In this document: in pieces, positions 51,901-62,147 of the stretch
Numbering within the stretch: position 1 is the stretch's first letter
Layout: every line of letters begins with the position of its first letter
Source of the DNA: a virus
IMG/VR virus record: IMGVR_UViG_3300044712_000340
Span: 1-64,000 of that record
Reading direction: 5' to 3' (one strand)
Length of the DNA stretch: 64,000 nucleotides
The notes under the pieces: model-generated
The model's database searches: none
The model's input: only the letters and a program-made list of their open reading frames with translations
What the model was told of the DNA's origin: nothing
Position numbers and translations under genes: made by a program

Positions 51901-52857
51901 ATAGTTTCTGGTGGTGGGACTTCAGATCATGCTTTGTTAACACATTTAGACTGGCCTAATAGTAATCATACAGGTACAGCAAGTACAATAGCTGGGTTTG
52001 ATGCGGGTGGATTACCTACAACGTATGCGGCTTCATCATTAGGTGTACCTTATTTTGATGCAACTGTTGGTACTGGTGGTGATTATGCTACAATTACATT
52101 AGCTAATGCAGCAAGTAAAAGGGTACTAAAACAAGTTGGAAATATAGTAGAAACTACTGGTGACTTAGGAACAAATACTTTTGTTTTTGGCGATAAAAAC
52201 TATACTATAACTATACCAGCAGCTTCAACAGGAACAGTTAAATTTTTAAATTGTTTTTTAATCATAACTGGAGGTACTGATTTAATTGCTAAAATAGAAT
52301 TATCTACAGTTACATTTTCTGGTGGAGCTTTTAATAGCACATCTACAGTAATTTCTAATAGTACTATTATTCATAACAGTGGGCTTGGGCCATACAGAGC
52401 TAGTATTAGTAATTGTGTAATCACTTTAAGCATATCAATATATTTACAATTTACTGTTAATACCTTAATAACTGGAAATTATAATATTACAAATGGTGGT
52501 TATATGAGTAATTGTACTTACACCGGCACTGCTAATATATCACAAGTGACAATGAGTAATTGTTCTGTTTTAAATGGAACTGTTTATTGTAACGCTGGAG
52601 TATCTGTTATAGGTTCAAAAATAAAAGACTTGACTATTGGTACAGTAAATGCAGGAATAGTAAATTCTAATGTTATTACAGGGAATGTTGTTATAAGTGG
52701 AACTGATTATAATATATTTACATCAAATCAAGTAACTGGAACTTTAACATTGAATTCTGGCTCAGAATATAATATAATAACTGGAAACAAAATAACAGGA
52801 GGAGTGATTAATAATTCTGGCAATTCAACAAATGAAATTAATAATAACATTGGGTAA
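48973..52857 (+). CDS. Tail fibre/spike protein
   Basis: 1294 aa Thr/Gly-rich; ETDP repeats; C-terminal beta-helix-like repeats. Confidence 0.8.
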   Translation: MRIDKYPKRPGGVQGDEEIVIVWGSVGDPGDPDYVQGFTWKATLDEVLALFQETDPVFSSSASFGIDSTDINNWNNAYGWGNHADAGYLTSESDPVFTTWISTTPPAYPGDIPTNTSDLDNDSGFITINDIPSETDPDFNAWLSATPPAYPGDIPTALSDLSEDTTHRTVTDTEKFTWNAKLSSETDPLSLHLDQTVPQTLINGSPTVQGIIFNQTTAETNAPGKLWWNAAAKTLSIGLIDGGSFELGQELADNYTFSTGTPHEGDIVSIVTGAGNQDYVALTDATNKISAYTCIGMITSVFNTNKVRVTKIGKIHDVNTNSFTEGDILYVDPANPGKIINTIPTSPNYSISVGVVSVKSSTVGVVDCHISIIPRLQDLSDINGTALTQDGQFAVWNNTTKLFDFTSKVSDFATSSHNHIHNNLDSIEGGDTSHRYHSDQQINKTNDVEFNTIKSTVLATTEVDRGTDSKMGTGIPDIEKKKFKIITSYNSGTNQITVSVAFVGAYTSFTYYINNKRFTVTASNIAAYTQTATAAERGWFFYINQNTASADTPVMVLTQTPWGISDPDVLLWSQSWDDTNKEFLWIGHEKHTYGRDIFNHARNHAQGAVYHSGFLFSQYNGLTNFSGNTDDNFGRAFTQIAGGYFFDEDLKNGIAHSDTAISASLANPETDWDKFVYQFLGFNALATTGTTTTSIVFGSSHTLVTGQAVTVMAGNTTTIRGTTTITTGGTGTTFAVTSVTGLVSGDMIVLGGRIPIYYISAVSGSSYTWRKLSATSFLGVTTSAATWTRSTTTATITATNHGMQTGDKISVTISSDVTSIPLKDYVITRTGVSTFTITCLNAGGASGSMTYYNAYNPTTIASGVAQYNNAVAGLFTTCNGNRYYPMYIAATNFINEPIIAILGQGQSTNATLATALTEAPFQFTNLVGLSGLGIQEIVPIYRLVFHYNTTGSFSNTKIKVVSVTWLDIRVATVSGTIVSGGGTSDHALLTHLDWPNSNHTGTASTIAGFDAGGLPTTYAASSLGVPYFDATVGTGGDYATITLANAASKRVLKQVGNIVETTGDLGTNTFVFGDKNYTITIPAASTGTVKFLNCFLIITGGTDLIAKIELSTVTFSGGAFNSTSTVISNSTIIHNSGLGPYRASISNCVITLSISIYLQFTVNTLITGNYNITNGGYMSNCTYTGTANISQVTMSNCSVLNGTVYCNAGVSVIGSKIKDLTIGTVNAGIVNSNVITGNVVISGTDYNIFTSNQVTGTLTLNSGSEYNIITGNKITGGVINNSGNSTNEINNNIG

Positions 52858-52861
52858 ATAA

Positions 52862-53461
52862 TTGATTATGAAACAATTAAATAACATACAAACAGGAGAA
52901 ATTATCAGATACCAAAAATCTAAAGATTCAGGCATCTACTATAAAATATATGAAAACTCATTCATCATAGATGATAAAAAGTGTATTGACAAAAGATGTG
53001 ACTACTTTGATGAAAATGTAGAACTAGACAAAACACTGTTCGAAGGAGATACAGTTTCATTAAATGATGTAAAACATTATCAAACTTTATTAAAAATACA
53101 AGAATCAGAACCTAGTTGTATTCTTTCAGATGATGAAAGAAACTGGTTTATACAAACAGGTTCAACAGGATTAGAAACTCTATTTAGACTATTTATACCT
53201 AACAAAGCATATGATAATGCATTAAGGGATAAAGACAAAGATGGTAGTGTAGATGAAATGGGTGAATACTATCCGCTTTGGCAAGTGATAAGTTACGGAA
53301 CTGCTAATATTGACAGTAAGTTCAGTCAGATAACTGATAACTCTATTGTGTTATATCTTGAGGAATTGAATGAACAGCATAGAGCTATTATTGAAATGTA
53401 CTCTAAAGATAATGTGATAGTTGAAGATAAGTATCCTGTAAATCCAATGTTGGGTGTGTAA
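52862..53461 (+). CDS. Hypothetical tail-module protein
   Basis: ORF track. Confidence 0.6.
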   Translation: MIMKQLNNIQTGEIIRYQKSKDSGIYYKIYENSFIIDDKKCIDKRCDYFDENVELDKTLFEGDTVSLNDVKHYQTLLKIQESEPSCILSDDERNWFIQTGSTGLETLFRLFIPNKAYDNALRDKDKDGSVDEMGEYYPLWQVISYGTANIDSKFSQITDNSIVLYLEELNEQHRAIIEMYSKDNVIVEDKYPVNPMLGV

Positions 53462-53473
53462 TAAATATGTTTT

Positions 53474-54274
53474 ATGGCGATAATTAGTAGGAATAATAGG
53501 ATATTAATACCATTAAGTGATCCAGATGCTAGAACATTTATCTCTATCGCTGGTATTACGGATGGGACTCAGAAGGATGCTATTAATTATCTGGTGATAA
53601 ATCTTAAACAATATAATTTATGGTCAAAAATGAAAGCTGTTTATCCATTTGTTGGTGGAACAGCTAGTACTCATAAATGGAATCTAAAAAATCCTGTTGA
53701 TGCTAATTATGCTTATAGATTAACATTTTTTAATTCATTTACACATTCTTCAACTGGTTGTAAAGGAGATGGGTCTTCTGCATACATTAATACATATATA
53801 CAACCAAGTGTTAATCTTTTATCTAATAACGTACATTTATCATTTTATGCAAGATATGACAATTTATCTGGGTATTTATTTAGTGCATCGGATAATAATC
53901 CAGATAAAACATTTAATTTATACGGTATAGTTCCTATTAGTTCTAGTATATATAGCTTTAATACTGATGGTATATTGACTAGTCCTGGACCAGGTAAGGG
54001 ATTGATAATAGGTACTAGAACATCCTCATCTTATCACGCATTATTTTTAAATGAAAATAAATTAACAAGTCAAATAACAAGTAGAGGGACAGCTCCAACG
54101 GTTTCAAATTTATTTATGTTTGTTTTTAGCACTTTTAACAGTCCATCTAGCAATTATAGTGCAAATGAATGTGCATTTGCTTCAGTTGGTGATGGATTAA
54201 GTGATAGTGATTCGATAAATTTAAGTTTAATTGTTAAACAATATCAAGTAATTTTAAATAGAGCCGTAGTATGA
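53474..54274 (+). CDS. Tail-associated lectin-like protein, paralogue 1
   Basis: SKMKAVYPFVGGTA..HKWN..NP motif. Confidence 0.7.
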   Translation: MAIISRNNRILIPLSDPDARTFISIAGITDGTQKDAINYLVINLKQYNLWSKMKAVYPFVGGTASTHKWNLKNPVDANYAYRLTFFNSFTHSSTGCKGDGSSAYINTYIQPSVNLLSNNVHLSFYARYDNLSGYLFSASDNNPDKTFNLYGIVPISSSIYSFNTDGILTSPGPGKGLIIGTRTSSSYHALFLNENKLTSQITSRGTAPTVSNLFMFVFSTFNSPSSNYSANECAFASVGDGLSDSDSINLSLIVKQYQVILNRAVV

Positions 54275-55044
54275 TATACACCCTAAATCCAACAGCATAC
54301 AACTTTGCTCTTGCAGCAAACATAACTGATAAGACACAGCTATGGGCATTACATCGTCTTGGTGAAGGACTTACTAAATACGGATTATTATCTAAGATGA
54401 AAGCTGTATATCCTTTTGTAGGAGGAACAGCAGATAAGCATAAATGGAATTTTGTTAATCCTGTTGATAGTGATGCTGCTTTTAGAATTACATGGACTGG
54501 TAATTGGGTCCATAATTCAGTTGGAATTGACCCAGATGGCTCTACTGCAATAGGAGATACATATTTTGATGTTTGGACAAATAGTATGCAAAATAATATA
54601 CATTTATCATATTATACTGATGATAATACATTAGAACCAAATACAGGAGGTAGGTTTACATTCGGAAGTAGTATAGATACAAATAGAAATTGTTCTATTA
54701 TAATAAATAGAGATGTTTATATTGTTGCATCAGACATAGGGACAGATGGGTCTATTGTAGCAATGGGAGGGAGTACAGCTATTAAAGGATTTGTTGTTGG
54801 TAATAGAACACCATTACCAACACATAGAGTTTATTTAAACGGTATATTAAAGGGTTCAAAAAACGAGGCAACTACTGGAACACTATATAATCAAAATATA
54901 AGATTTGGAAAAGTAAATAATTCAGTTTATACTACAATACGATGCTCTTTTGCTTCGATAGGTTTGGGGCTTACTGATACCGATGCTTTAAACCTCTATA
55001 ATATAGTTCAAGAAATGAACCAAATTTTAAATCGGGCTGTTTAA
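54271..55044 (+). CDS. Tail-associated lectin-like protein, paralogue 2
   Basis: Same motif and C-terminal CxFAS.G.GL...Q.ILNRAV. Confidence 0.7.
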   Translation: MIYTLNPTAYNFALAANITDKTQLWALHRLGEGLTKYGLLSKMKAVYPFVGGTADKHKWNFVNPVDSDAAFRITWTGNWVHNSVGIDPDGSTAIGDTYFDVWTNSMQNNIHLSYYTDDNTLEPNTGGRFTFGSSIDTNRNCSIIINRDVYIVASDIGTDGSIVAMGGSTAIKGFVVGNRTPLPTHRVYLNGILKGSKNEATTGTLYNQNIRFGKVNNSVYTTIRCSFASIGLGLTDTDALNLYNIVQEMNQILNRAV

Positions 55045-55081
55045 AAATCTTAATTAAAACTATTTATAACAAAACAATATA

Positions 55082-55990
55082 ATGGCAATTACAAATCAAA
55101 CAAATCAACCTCAACAATTCAATCAACTTGCTGGAACCACTAACAGGATGGCTCAGGTTGATAGTGCTGGATTGTTAAGTGCAAGTCAGGATATAGTCAA
55201 TGGTAAGATAACTGATGGAACGGTTATTACACTGTTGACTACTGATACTAACTGGACAAGACTAGGTGCATATGTAGGGACTGCAATAACAGGAACTTAT
55301 GAGGGTCAGTATTATGCAGACGGTAGTTATGATTTTCTTGCTTATGCTGATAATACCTGGAGAAGAATTAAGAAGAATCAGGAAAGAAGTTACACAACCA
55401 CAGCAACAGCAGCAGGAACAACTACTCTGACAGTATCATCTAGTTATATGCAATATTTTACAGGTACTACAACTCAAACTATTGTGATGCCTGATGTAAC
55501 TACTTTAGTATTAGGGTTTCAGTTTAAGATTGTTAATCTTTCAACTGGAGTATTGACTGTTAATTCAAGCGGTAGTGATTTAATTACTACTATATCAATA
55601 GGTCAATCAGCTACAATAACTTGTATTGCAATTCCAGGCACTACAGCAGCTAGTTGGGATAAAGAGATAGCAGGTAGAAAAGTACCAAGAATACAGAGTG
55701 TTACATCTTCTGCAACTGTTACACCTAATGTAGACACGGACGATGTAGTAGATATCACAGCTCAAGCAGTAGGTTTAACTATTGCTAATCCTACAGGTAC
55801 TCCTGTAAATAAACAAGTGTTAATGATTGACATTAAAGACAATGGAGGTGCGCAAACAATAGCTTTTGGAAATGCTTATGCTGCTGGTGGTACAGCATTA
55901 CCTACAACAACTGTTGCAGGGTTACAAATGAGTATGGTATTTGTCTATACTAACTCATTATATAAATTAAGAAGTTTAGCACAAGAATAA
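55082..55990 (+). CDS. Tail fibre-like protein
   Basis: Thr-rich beta segments TTTATAAGTTTLT, IANPTGTP. Confidence 0.65.
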   Translation: MAITNQTNQPQQFNQLAGTTNRMAQVDSAGLLSASQDIVNGKITDGTVITLLTTDTNWTRLGAYVGTAITGTYEGQYYADGSYDFLAYADNTWRRIKKNQERSYTTTATAAGTTTLTVSSSYMQYFTGTTTQTIVMPDVTTLVLGFQFKIVNLSTGVLTVNSSGSDLITTISIGQSATITCIAIPGTTAASWDKEIAGRKVPRIQSVTSSATVTPNVDTDDVVDITAQAVGLTIANPTGTPVNKQVLMIDIKDNGGAQTIAFGNAYAAGGTALPTTTVAGLQMSMVFVYTNSLYKLRSLAQE

Positions 55991-57582
55991 TGGCTACATA
56001 CTATATAGATCCTTCAGGTACAGATTCAGCAGGTAGAAATGGAAGTGTAGGTCAGGAATGGGTATCACTATCATATGCATGTAGTAGAGTTACTGCATCT
56101 GGAAATACTATTTTTGTAAATGCAGGTACTTATAATGAATCTTCTCAAAGCAATTTGTCAGTCGGGGTAAATATTGATGGAACTGGGAATACATCAATTA
56201 TAAATTCAACATATGCTGGTGGATATACAATAAGACTTAATTCAACAGCAGGAACTTCTGGTAATCAGACTATTTCCAATATAAAAATGGATGGTAATAG
56301 TTACACTTCATATGGAGCTATTCAAGTATATGGTAGAAGTGATGTGATTATTCATGATTGTACTTTTGATAATTTCAGTGATTATGGATGTTCTTTTGAT
56401 TCGGCAACTTTAAACAATGATAATTTCTTTAGTCCTCCTGCAAGTTTTGCTACTGGTAATCTGTTCTATAATAATACAATGAATAATTGTGGTGGTCAAG
56501 GTGGCACATCTGGAACTAATAGAGATGCCTTACAGGTAAATGGTCAAGACGGAATGTTAATACATAATAACACAATTACAAATAACAAAGCAACATATTT
56601 AAATGGTAATTGCATTGGTGGGAGGAAAGGTTATATTAAAAATGTAAAAATTTACAATAATACTTTAAATAAGACATTTGTTGAAGGAACTACGCCTTGG
56701 GATTTTGCAATTGAATTTTGGAATTATTTAGGTGGTGTTGAAATTTATGATAACAATATAAATGGATGTATTGATATTGGTGGATGGTCTAATGTAAAAG
56801 GAAGTTCAACTTATAGTTGTTGGATACACCATAATAATATAGGTCAGAGTTCTTTGTTGGCTAGTCAAAATACTGTTGGTGTTATTATTGAAGGAGCTAA
56901 TGATAGCGTGATTGTAGAAAAAAATCATATATTTAATGTTGCTGGAGGGGTTAAATTTCCTATTGCTACAACAGGTAAGAATCAAACCAATATTAGAATA
57001 AGTTATAATCTAATGACTAATATAGGTTCAGCAACAAGTGGAACTTATTATGGATGGGGGATTAGGTGGTCAAATAGTGTATCAGGATGCAATGTAGATA
57101 ACATTATGATATGGAATAATGTTATTATTGGTGCTGTTAATTCAAATAATACAATGTGGGGAATTAATTTACCTGCAATTGGTACAGCTTCAAATATTAG
57201 TATCAGAAACAATATAATAGAAAATTTTGAATACTATCCAATTTTTGGAAATGACCCTCAAAGTATTGGAGCGACTATTGATGTTTTAAATATTGATAAT
57301 AATATTTTGTATGGTAATATTAGTAACACTATAAATATAACAGGTATTGTACCAACAAATTATTCACATGTAAATAATCTAACAAGTAATCCATTATTCA
57401 TATCGAGTTCAAATTTTCATTTACAATCTGGTAGTCCTGCAAAAGATGCTGGAATAGATGTAGGTTTAACTTCAGATTATGATGATCACACTGTACCTTA
57501 TAATTTAGTACCAGATATAGGAGCCTTTGAGTATTTTGTTGCTGCTATTGGATCAAAACATTTTTATGTATTATGTATGTAG
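55990..57582 (+). CDS. Parallel beta-helix protein, putative polysaccharide depolymerase
   Basis: TYYIDPSG.D, repeated I.NN motifs, C-terminal FHLQSGSPA.DAG..PDIGAFEY. Confidence 0.8.
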   Translation: MATYYIDPSGTDSAGRNGSVGQEWVSLSYACSRVTASGNTIFVNAGTYNESSQSNLSVGVNIDGTGNTSIINSTYAGGYTIRLNSTAGTSGNQTISNIKMDGNSYTSYGAIQVYGRSDVIIHDCTFDNFSDYGCSFDSATLNNDNFFSPPASFATGNLFYNNTMNNCGGQGGTSGTNRDALQVNGQDGMLIHNNTITNNKATYLNGNCIGGRKGYIKNVKIYNNTLNKTFVEGTTPWDFAIEFWNYLGGVEIYDNNINGCIDIGGWSNVKGSSTYSCWIHHNNIGQSSLLASQNTVGVIIEGANDSVIVEKNHIFNVAGGVKFPIATTGKNQTNIRISYNLMTNIGSATSGTYYGWGIRWSNSVSGCNVDNIMIWNNVIIGAVNSNNTMWGINLPAIGTASNISIRNNIIENFEYYPIFGNDPQSIGATIDVLNIDNNILYGNISNTINITGIVPTNYSHVNNLTSNPLFISSSNFHLQSGSPAKDAGIDVGLTSDYDDHTVPYNLVPDIGAFEYFVAAIGSKHFYVLCM

Positions 57583-57825
57583 ATTAGAATTAATTATATA
57601 GTATTGTATACAGAAGGAAATATTATAAGTAAATCTCATTGAGTTAAGATGAAACTAGAAAGCACTAATTTCAATTATATTAGAGTTACAGAAAATAAAA
57701 ATGTATATTATATTTTAGATCCTAAAAATATAGAGGAATTTATATATGGATATAATAATGACTTGTTATACCCTAATATAAAAACTTTAGTTTATAGAAA
57801 TCTTACTATAGATATAAAAGATTCA

Positions 57826-60800
57826 TTAATTTGTTTGAATTAATTCATCTCCAAATCTTTTCATTCTTTCAACAGAATTTAGTAAAGGTAATTGTGATTC
57901 TATAAAAGGAGACCATTTACTTTCATCTTTATGGTAACCTGATTGGTATATCATGTCTTCATCTTCACCAAACATTTCTGTAATACTTAAACTATATAAT
58001 TTCCACATATCATCTAATAGTGATGTCATTGATGTAGGGTTTTTAATTAAGTCTGACCAAGCTTTAGGATTGTAGTAGAATTGAATATCTTTATTTATTT
58101 TTTGCATGATGTTCATGATACTTAGTTGTGCTATATTAGCATTTTTACATTTCTTATCATCGCCACACATTCCTTTTTTCATTAAAGCATATAATCCAAA
58201 ACTAAGAACCAAAGTACTTAATTCAGCTAAATTTACTTTCATATTTGCTTTATCTACTTCTGATAGTTCTCCTGTTTTCCATGCTTTATATATAGCACTA
58301 GGATTTAACTTGTATTTCTTTGTTAATTCTACCCAAGTTCTATATCTACCTTTAGTAGTAATGTTTCTATTATAATCCATCTTCTCTACTCCAAATCTAG
58401 AATGAAAAGCCTCAAAGAACCATAATCTAAACATAGATCCCATTCTACCTGCAAGTGTGTCTTTTACCATTAAAGGATTTGTATAATCTCCATGTATTTC
58501 CTGGATTTGAGATTTTACTCTAGTTACCATAGCTGTAATAGCATCTGCCCCTCTTTTATTTTCAAATACCCATTCATCAGATAAAGTACCATTTTCATTA
58601 ATGGCTTCCCACATTGATTTAGTTTCTCCTTTATCATTAGTAACTTTTGCATGTAACATCATAGCTATCATTACAGTACCCTGATTAGATTTCTCTGTAG
58701 CTGTTTGAATAGCATAAGGTTTAATAGACTTTGTTAGTTTGAAAAACCAGTTCTTACCTTCATCAAATTTATTTGATTGTTTAAATTCATATAGAATATC
58801 TCCTAAAATATTATAGTTTTCTGTTACTTTATTGAATTTTTTACTTTGAGTATATAACATAGATTCTGCTTGTAACCATTCTTTCATATTATATAATCTG
58901 CCTTCAGCAGCTTTATACATATTGGTTATCTTGCCTATAGCTAAGTTAGCTATACCAGCAGGTATATTCCATCCCATACCTTTAAGTCTCATGAAAGACA
59001 TTAAACCTTTAACTAAACTATTTGTTGTAACTCTAGTACCTAAAGAATCTAATTCCCTATTTAAAATATCTTGTTCTTCTTTAGTTATATTAGGATTCTC
59101 TAGTAGTTGTTTTATCTCTTTTTGTCTTTGTTTATCTTGTTTTGTAGTTACTGTAAATAAATTTTTAGAAGTATCCCCTTTAGGTTGTTTATAGTATGCT
59201 TCCTTTAAAAAGTAATCTACCATTTCTTTTAAGTTATCTATATATCCTTGACCTACTGTATTACCTTTTGAGTCTATTATTTCATCCCCAGTATTTACTG
59301 TAGAATTAGGTAAATAAGTCATAGCTACATTAACCATATCTTCTATCATTACAGAATGTTTATATGTAGTAGCGGCTAAGTTTAATAAATTTAGAGATTT
59401 AAATAAAGTACCTGAATCTTTATCTGTATTCATTTTATTAAATATCTCATTAGATGCATCAATATATAATTGTTTTCTCTCAGTATCATCTAACTCTCTA
59501 TCTAGTTTTAATTGTGTCTCTAATTTCTTTTTATTGTATAGTTCTTTTATCATTCCATCTATTGTAGATGTTCCTAGTCTGATAGTTCTTATTGGTTTTC
59601 CTGTTATAGGATCTATTTTTTCTTTTAAAGGTTTTCCACCCTCTAATTCTCCTAATATTTCATTAACTAATTCTTTAGTAAGAAATTCAGGTACACCGAC
59701 TTTATTTAATTTAGCTAGCATATCTGCTTCTATAAAAGTTAAAGAAGTAGACTTTAAATCGCTATGTCCATATAATTTTTGAGCGGTATTTGTTATTTCT
59801 TTAGCCTTTTTATAGAACTCATAAGCTACAGGAATTGCTTCTATTTGTTCAAAATTAGTATCATAATATCCTAAATCTACTCCAGATTTAGTAAATCTTT
59901 TTGGAACTATAACTAGGAAAGTGTCTTTACCTACAACATCATATATAGATCCACCTTTAGCATTATTAATAGCTTTTATTCTATAAATAGGGGAATTATT
60001 TCTTTCCCATACTTCTAAATCTGCTTTTTGTTCATTAGTTAGTTCTTCTTCTCCATACTCTACAGATATATGATCTTCTCTAACCTTTAGATAATTCTCA
60101 TAGGCTGTTTTAGCTTTTTCTATATATTCTTTAGTCCCTATTACACCTAAATTAGTTTCTATTTCTTTTATATATTTAGGATCATTAAGTTTAGTAGGGT
60201 CTATAGTGAATTGATTATTTTTTCTAAAAGAAACATTTTGATTATCATGTTTGTCACTAAAATACTTTTGAGAGAATTTATGTACTAATCTACCTGTAGG
60301 TGTCTTATGTTTAATATCATCTATTTCTACATCAGTAGTCTGGAAGAATAGACTCTCATTAAATCCAGAAGATTTCATAGATTTATATAATTCTGCTAAA
60401 TCTCTTGATTTAATCTTTACTTCTCTATATGCAGAATCATTAGCTTCATTAACTATTTTAGCTACATACTGTGCTAAGGCTTGTCCTACTCTATTTAAAG
60501 ATAGTGTATTTTTAAACCATGCACCTAACTTATGAGGTAAGGATATAATTTGTTCAAATGTAAGTCCTGTATTGAATGTAGAGTTAACTCCATTAGATAG
60601 TATTACTTTACCTTTGTTTAATAGTTTAGGCATCAATAATGCAGCTCTTCTACTTATATCTGAAAATTTATCCTGTATAATTTCAGAATCTCTCATTTCT
60701 TCATCAAGAAACATATGAGTTTCCTCACTAAAATCACCAGACTTAATCCACATCTTTAATTTAGTTACAGAATCATTAAACTCTGCTGGGCTTAACTTAG

Positions 60801-62088
60801 GTTTATTTAGTATTTTTTCTATTTCAATTAAGTTTCTTTCAGCTTCATTGTATATATCTGTTAATTCACCATTCTTGTGTATTTTATCAATTCTATCATT
60901 TAAGGATTCTATTCTATTATCAAGATTATTTATATCAGATTGTTTTCCACCTGAAGACTCTAAAGTAGATTTCTCTTTTACAACTTGATTCTTTTCTTCA
61001 TATAGTTTCTGTTCTAATACAGACATATCTAAATCTTCTGATGCTTCAGATTCATTTCTCATTTCCATGTATTGTTGCATAGAATTAAGATACTGAGTAT
61101 ACTTAGCATCATTGTATTCCTTCATAGCATCTTCATCAAAACTTACAATACCTATAGTGTGATTCAGTCCTTTCTTAGTTACTTCTCTTAATTGAATAAC
61201 ATTTCTACCAATAGTATTATAATACTCTTGATTTTGATTGTATAATCTACGTCTGTTCCTCTTGTATATGTTTTCTTTTCTTTTAGGCTCAGTTAAATCT
61301 GTCCATGTAATTCCATAATCTTCATCAGTAACTACTACCCAATTAGCCTTATCATGCTTGTGTAATACACCATGTTCTGCTATTTTATTAGTTTTATTTT
61401 CTTCTCTTGATTTTGTATTTAGATTATTTATAAGTTTCTTCTCATCTACAATACTTTCAAATAAATTGGCATTTAGATTCATAATATATGAATCACCTCT
61501 ATGATTAAATAATCCATTTTCTATAAAACTTTCATTTGTACTTAACATGGATTTTAATCTATTTATATCTTTAACCCAATTAGGATTTTCTGTAGTAACT
61601 ACATCTTCTTTAAATACTTTAGTTATATCTCTATCAGTAGTTGTACTAAGGAAGTTTAAAGCCCTGGCTTGTAAGTTATTATACTTTATAATTCTTGGAC
61701 TTTCTCCAGGACTATTGAATTTTGATAATACAGAAGTATTACTGAATATATTAGTCCTAGGAAATACAATAGGTCTTGTTTCTCCTTTTTTATTAACAAA
61801 CATATTATTTTCTATAGTTGGTTCTTCTATACTATTTAACCAACTTTTAAAAGATTTTGAGTATATTACAGCCTTAGTTTTTAAGGCTTTACTTCTATTA
61901 TTTCCTATTTCAGGTAATTTCATTAAATCTTGGAATAACTTAGATTCTAAACCTTCTGTAGTATAATCTAAATTATATCCATTATTATTGGCAAGTAAAG
62001 CATAAGCTATATCTTTATTGTCAAATACATTAACAAGTTCATCGTAATCTGAAGCAACTTGTGGAATATTAAAGTTTAAACAAATCAT
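57826..62088 (-). CDS. Large virion (cargo/ejection-type) protein
   Basis: 1420 aa helical; MICLN..ESKLFQDL N-terminus; TATCTTTG promoter at 62108-62115. Confidence 0.6.
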   Translation of the reverse strand: MICLNFNIPQVASDYDELVNVFDNKDIAYALLANNNGYNLDYTTEGLESKLFQDLMKLPEIGNNRSKALKTKAVIYSKSFKSWLNSIEEPTIENNMFVNKKGETRPIVFPRTNIFSNTSVLSKFNSPGESPRIIKYNNLQARALNFLSTTTDRDITKVFKEDVVTTENPNWVKDINRLKSMLSTNESFIENGLFNHRGDSYIMNLNANLFESIVDEKKLINNLNTKSREENKTNKIAEHGVLHKHDKANWVVVTDEDYGITWTDLTEPKRKENIYKRNRRRLYNQNQEYYNTIGRNVIQLREVTKKGLNHTIGIVSFDEDAMKEYNDAKYTQYLNSMQQYMEMRNESEASEDLDMSVLEQKLYEEKNQVVKEKSTLESSGGKQSDINNLDNRIESLNDRIDKIHKNGELTDIYNEAERNLIEIEKILNKPKLSPAEFNDSVTKLKMWIKSGDFSEETHMFLDEEMRDSEIIQDKFSDISRRAALLMPKLLNKGKVILSNGVNSTFNTGLTFEQIISLPHKLGAWFKNTLSLNRVGQALAQYVAKIVNEANDSAYREVKIKSRDLAELYKSMKSSGFNESLFFQTTDVEIDDIKHKTPTGRLVHKFSQKYFSDKHDNQNVSFRKNNQFTIDPTKLNDPKYIKEIETNLGVIGTKEYIEKAKTAYENYLKVREDHISVEYGEEELTNEQKADLEVWERNNSPIYRIKAINNAKGGSIYDVVGKDTFLVIVPKRFTKSGVDLGYYDTNFEQIEAIPVAYEFYKKAKEITNTAQKLYGHSDLKSTSLTFIEADMLAKLNKVGVPEFLTKELVNEILGELEGGKPLKEKIDPITGKPIRTIRLGTSTIDGMIKELYNKKKLETQLKLDRELDDTERKQLYIDASNEIFNKMNTDKDSGTLFKSLNLLNLAATTYKHSVMIEDMVNVAMTYLPNSTVNTGDEIIDSKGNTVGQGYIDNLKEMVDYFLKEAYYKQPKGDTSKNLFTVTTKQDKQRQKEIKQLLENPNITKEEQDILNRELDSLGTRVTTNSLVKGLMSFMRLKGMGWNIPAGIANLAIGKITNMYKAAEGRLYNMKEWLQAESMLYTQSKKFNKVTENYNILGDILYEFKQSNKFDEGKNWFFKLTKSIKPYAIQTATEKSNQGTVMIAMMLHAKVTNDKGETKSMWEAINENGTLSDEWVFENKRGADAITAMVTRVKSQIQEIHGDYTNPLMVKDTLAGRMGSMFRLWFFEAFHSRFGVEKMDYNRNITTKGRYRTWVELTKKYKLNPSAIYKAWKTGELSEVDKANMKVNLAELSTLVLSFGLYALMKKGMCGDDKKCKNANIAQLSIMNIMQKINKDIQFYYNPKAWSDLIKNPTSMTSLLDDMWKLYSLSITEMFGEDEDMIYQSGYHKDESKWSPFIESQLPLLNSVERMKRFGDELIQTN

Positions 62089-62147
62089 ATATTTAATTTT
62101 ATATTAGCAAAGATAATGAATTTAGTAATTAATTAATTAACAACAAA

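Noticed and set aside
48242-55044. Diversity-generating retroelement
   Set aside because: No reverse transcriptase or adenine-specific template/variable repeat pair seen in this window; paralogue differences are synonymous-type
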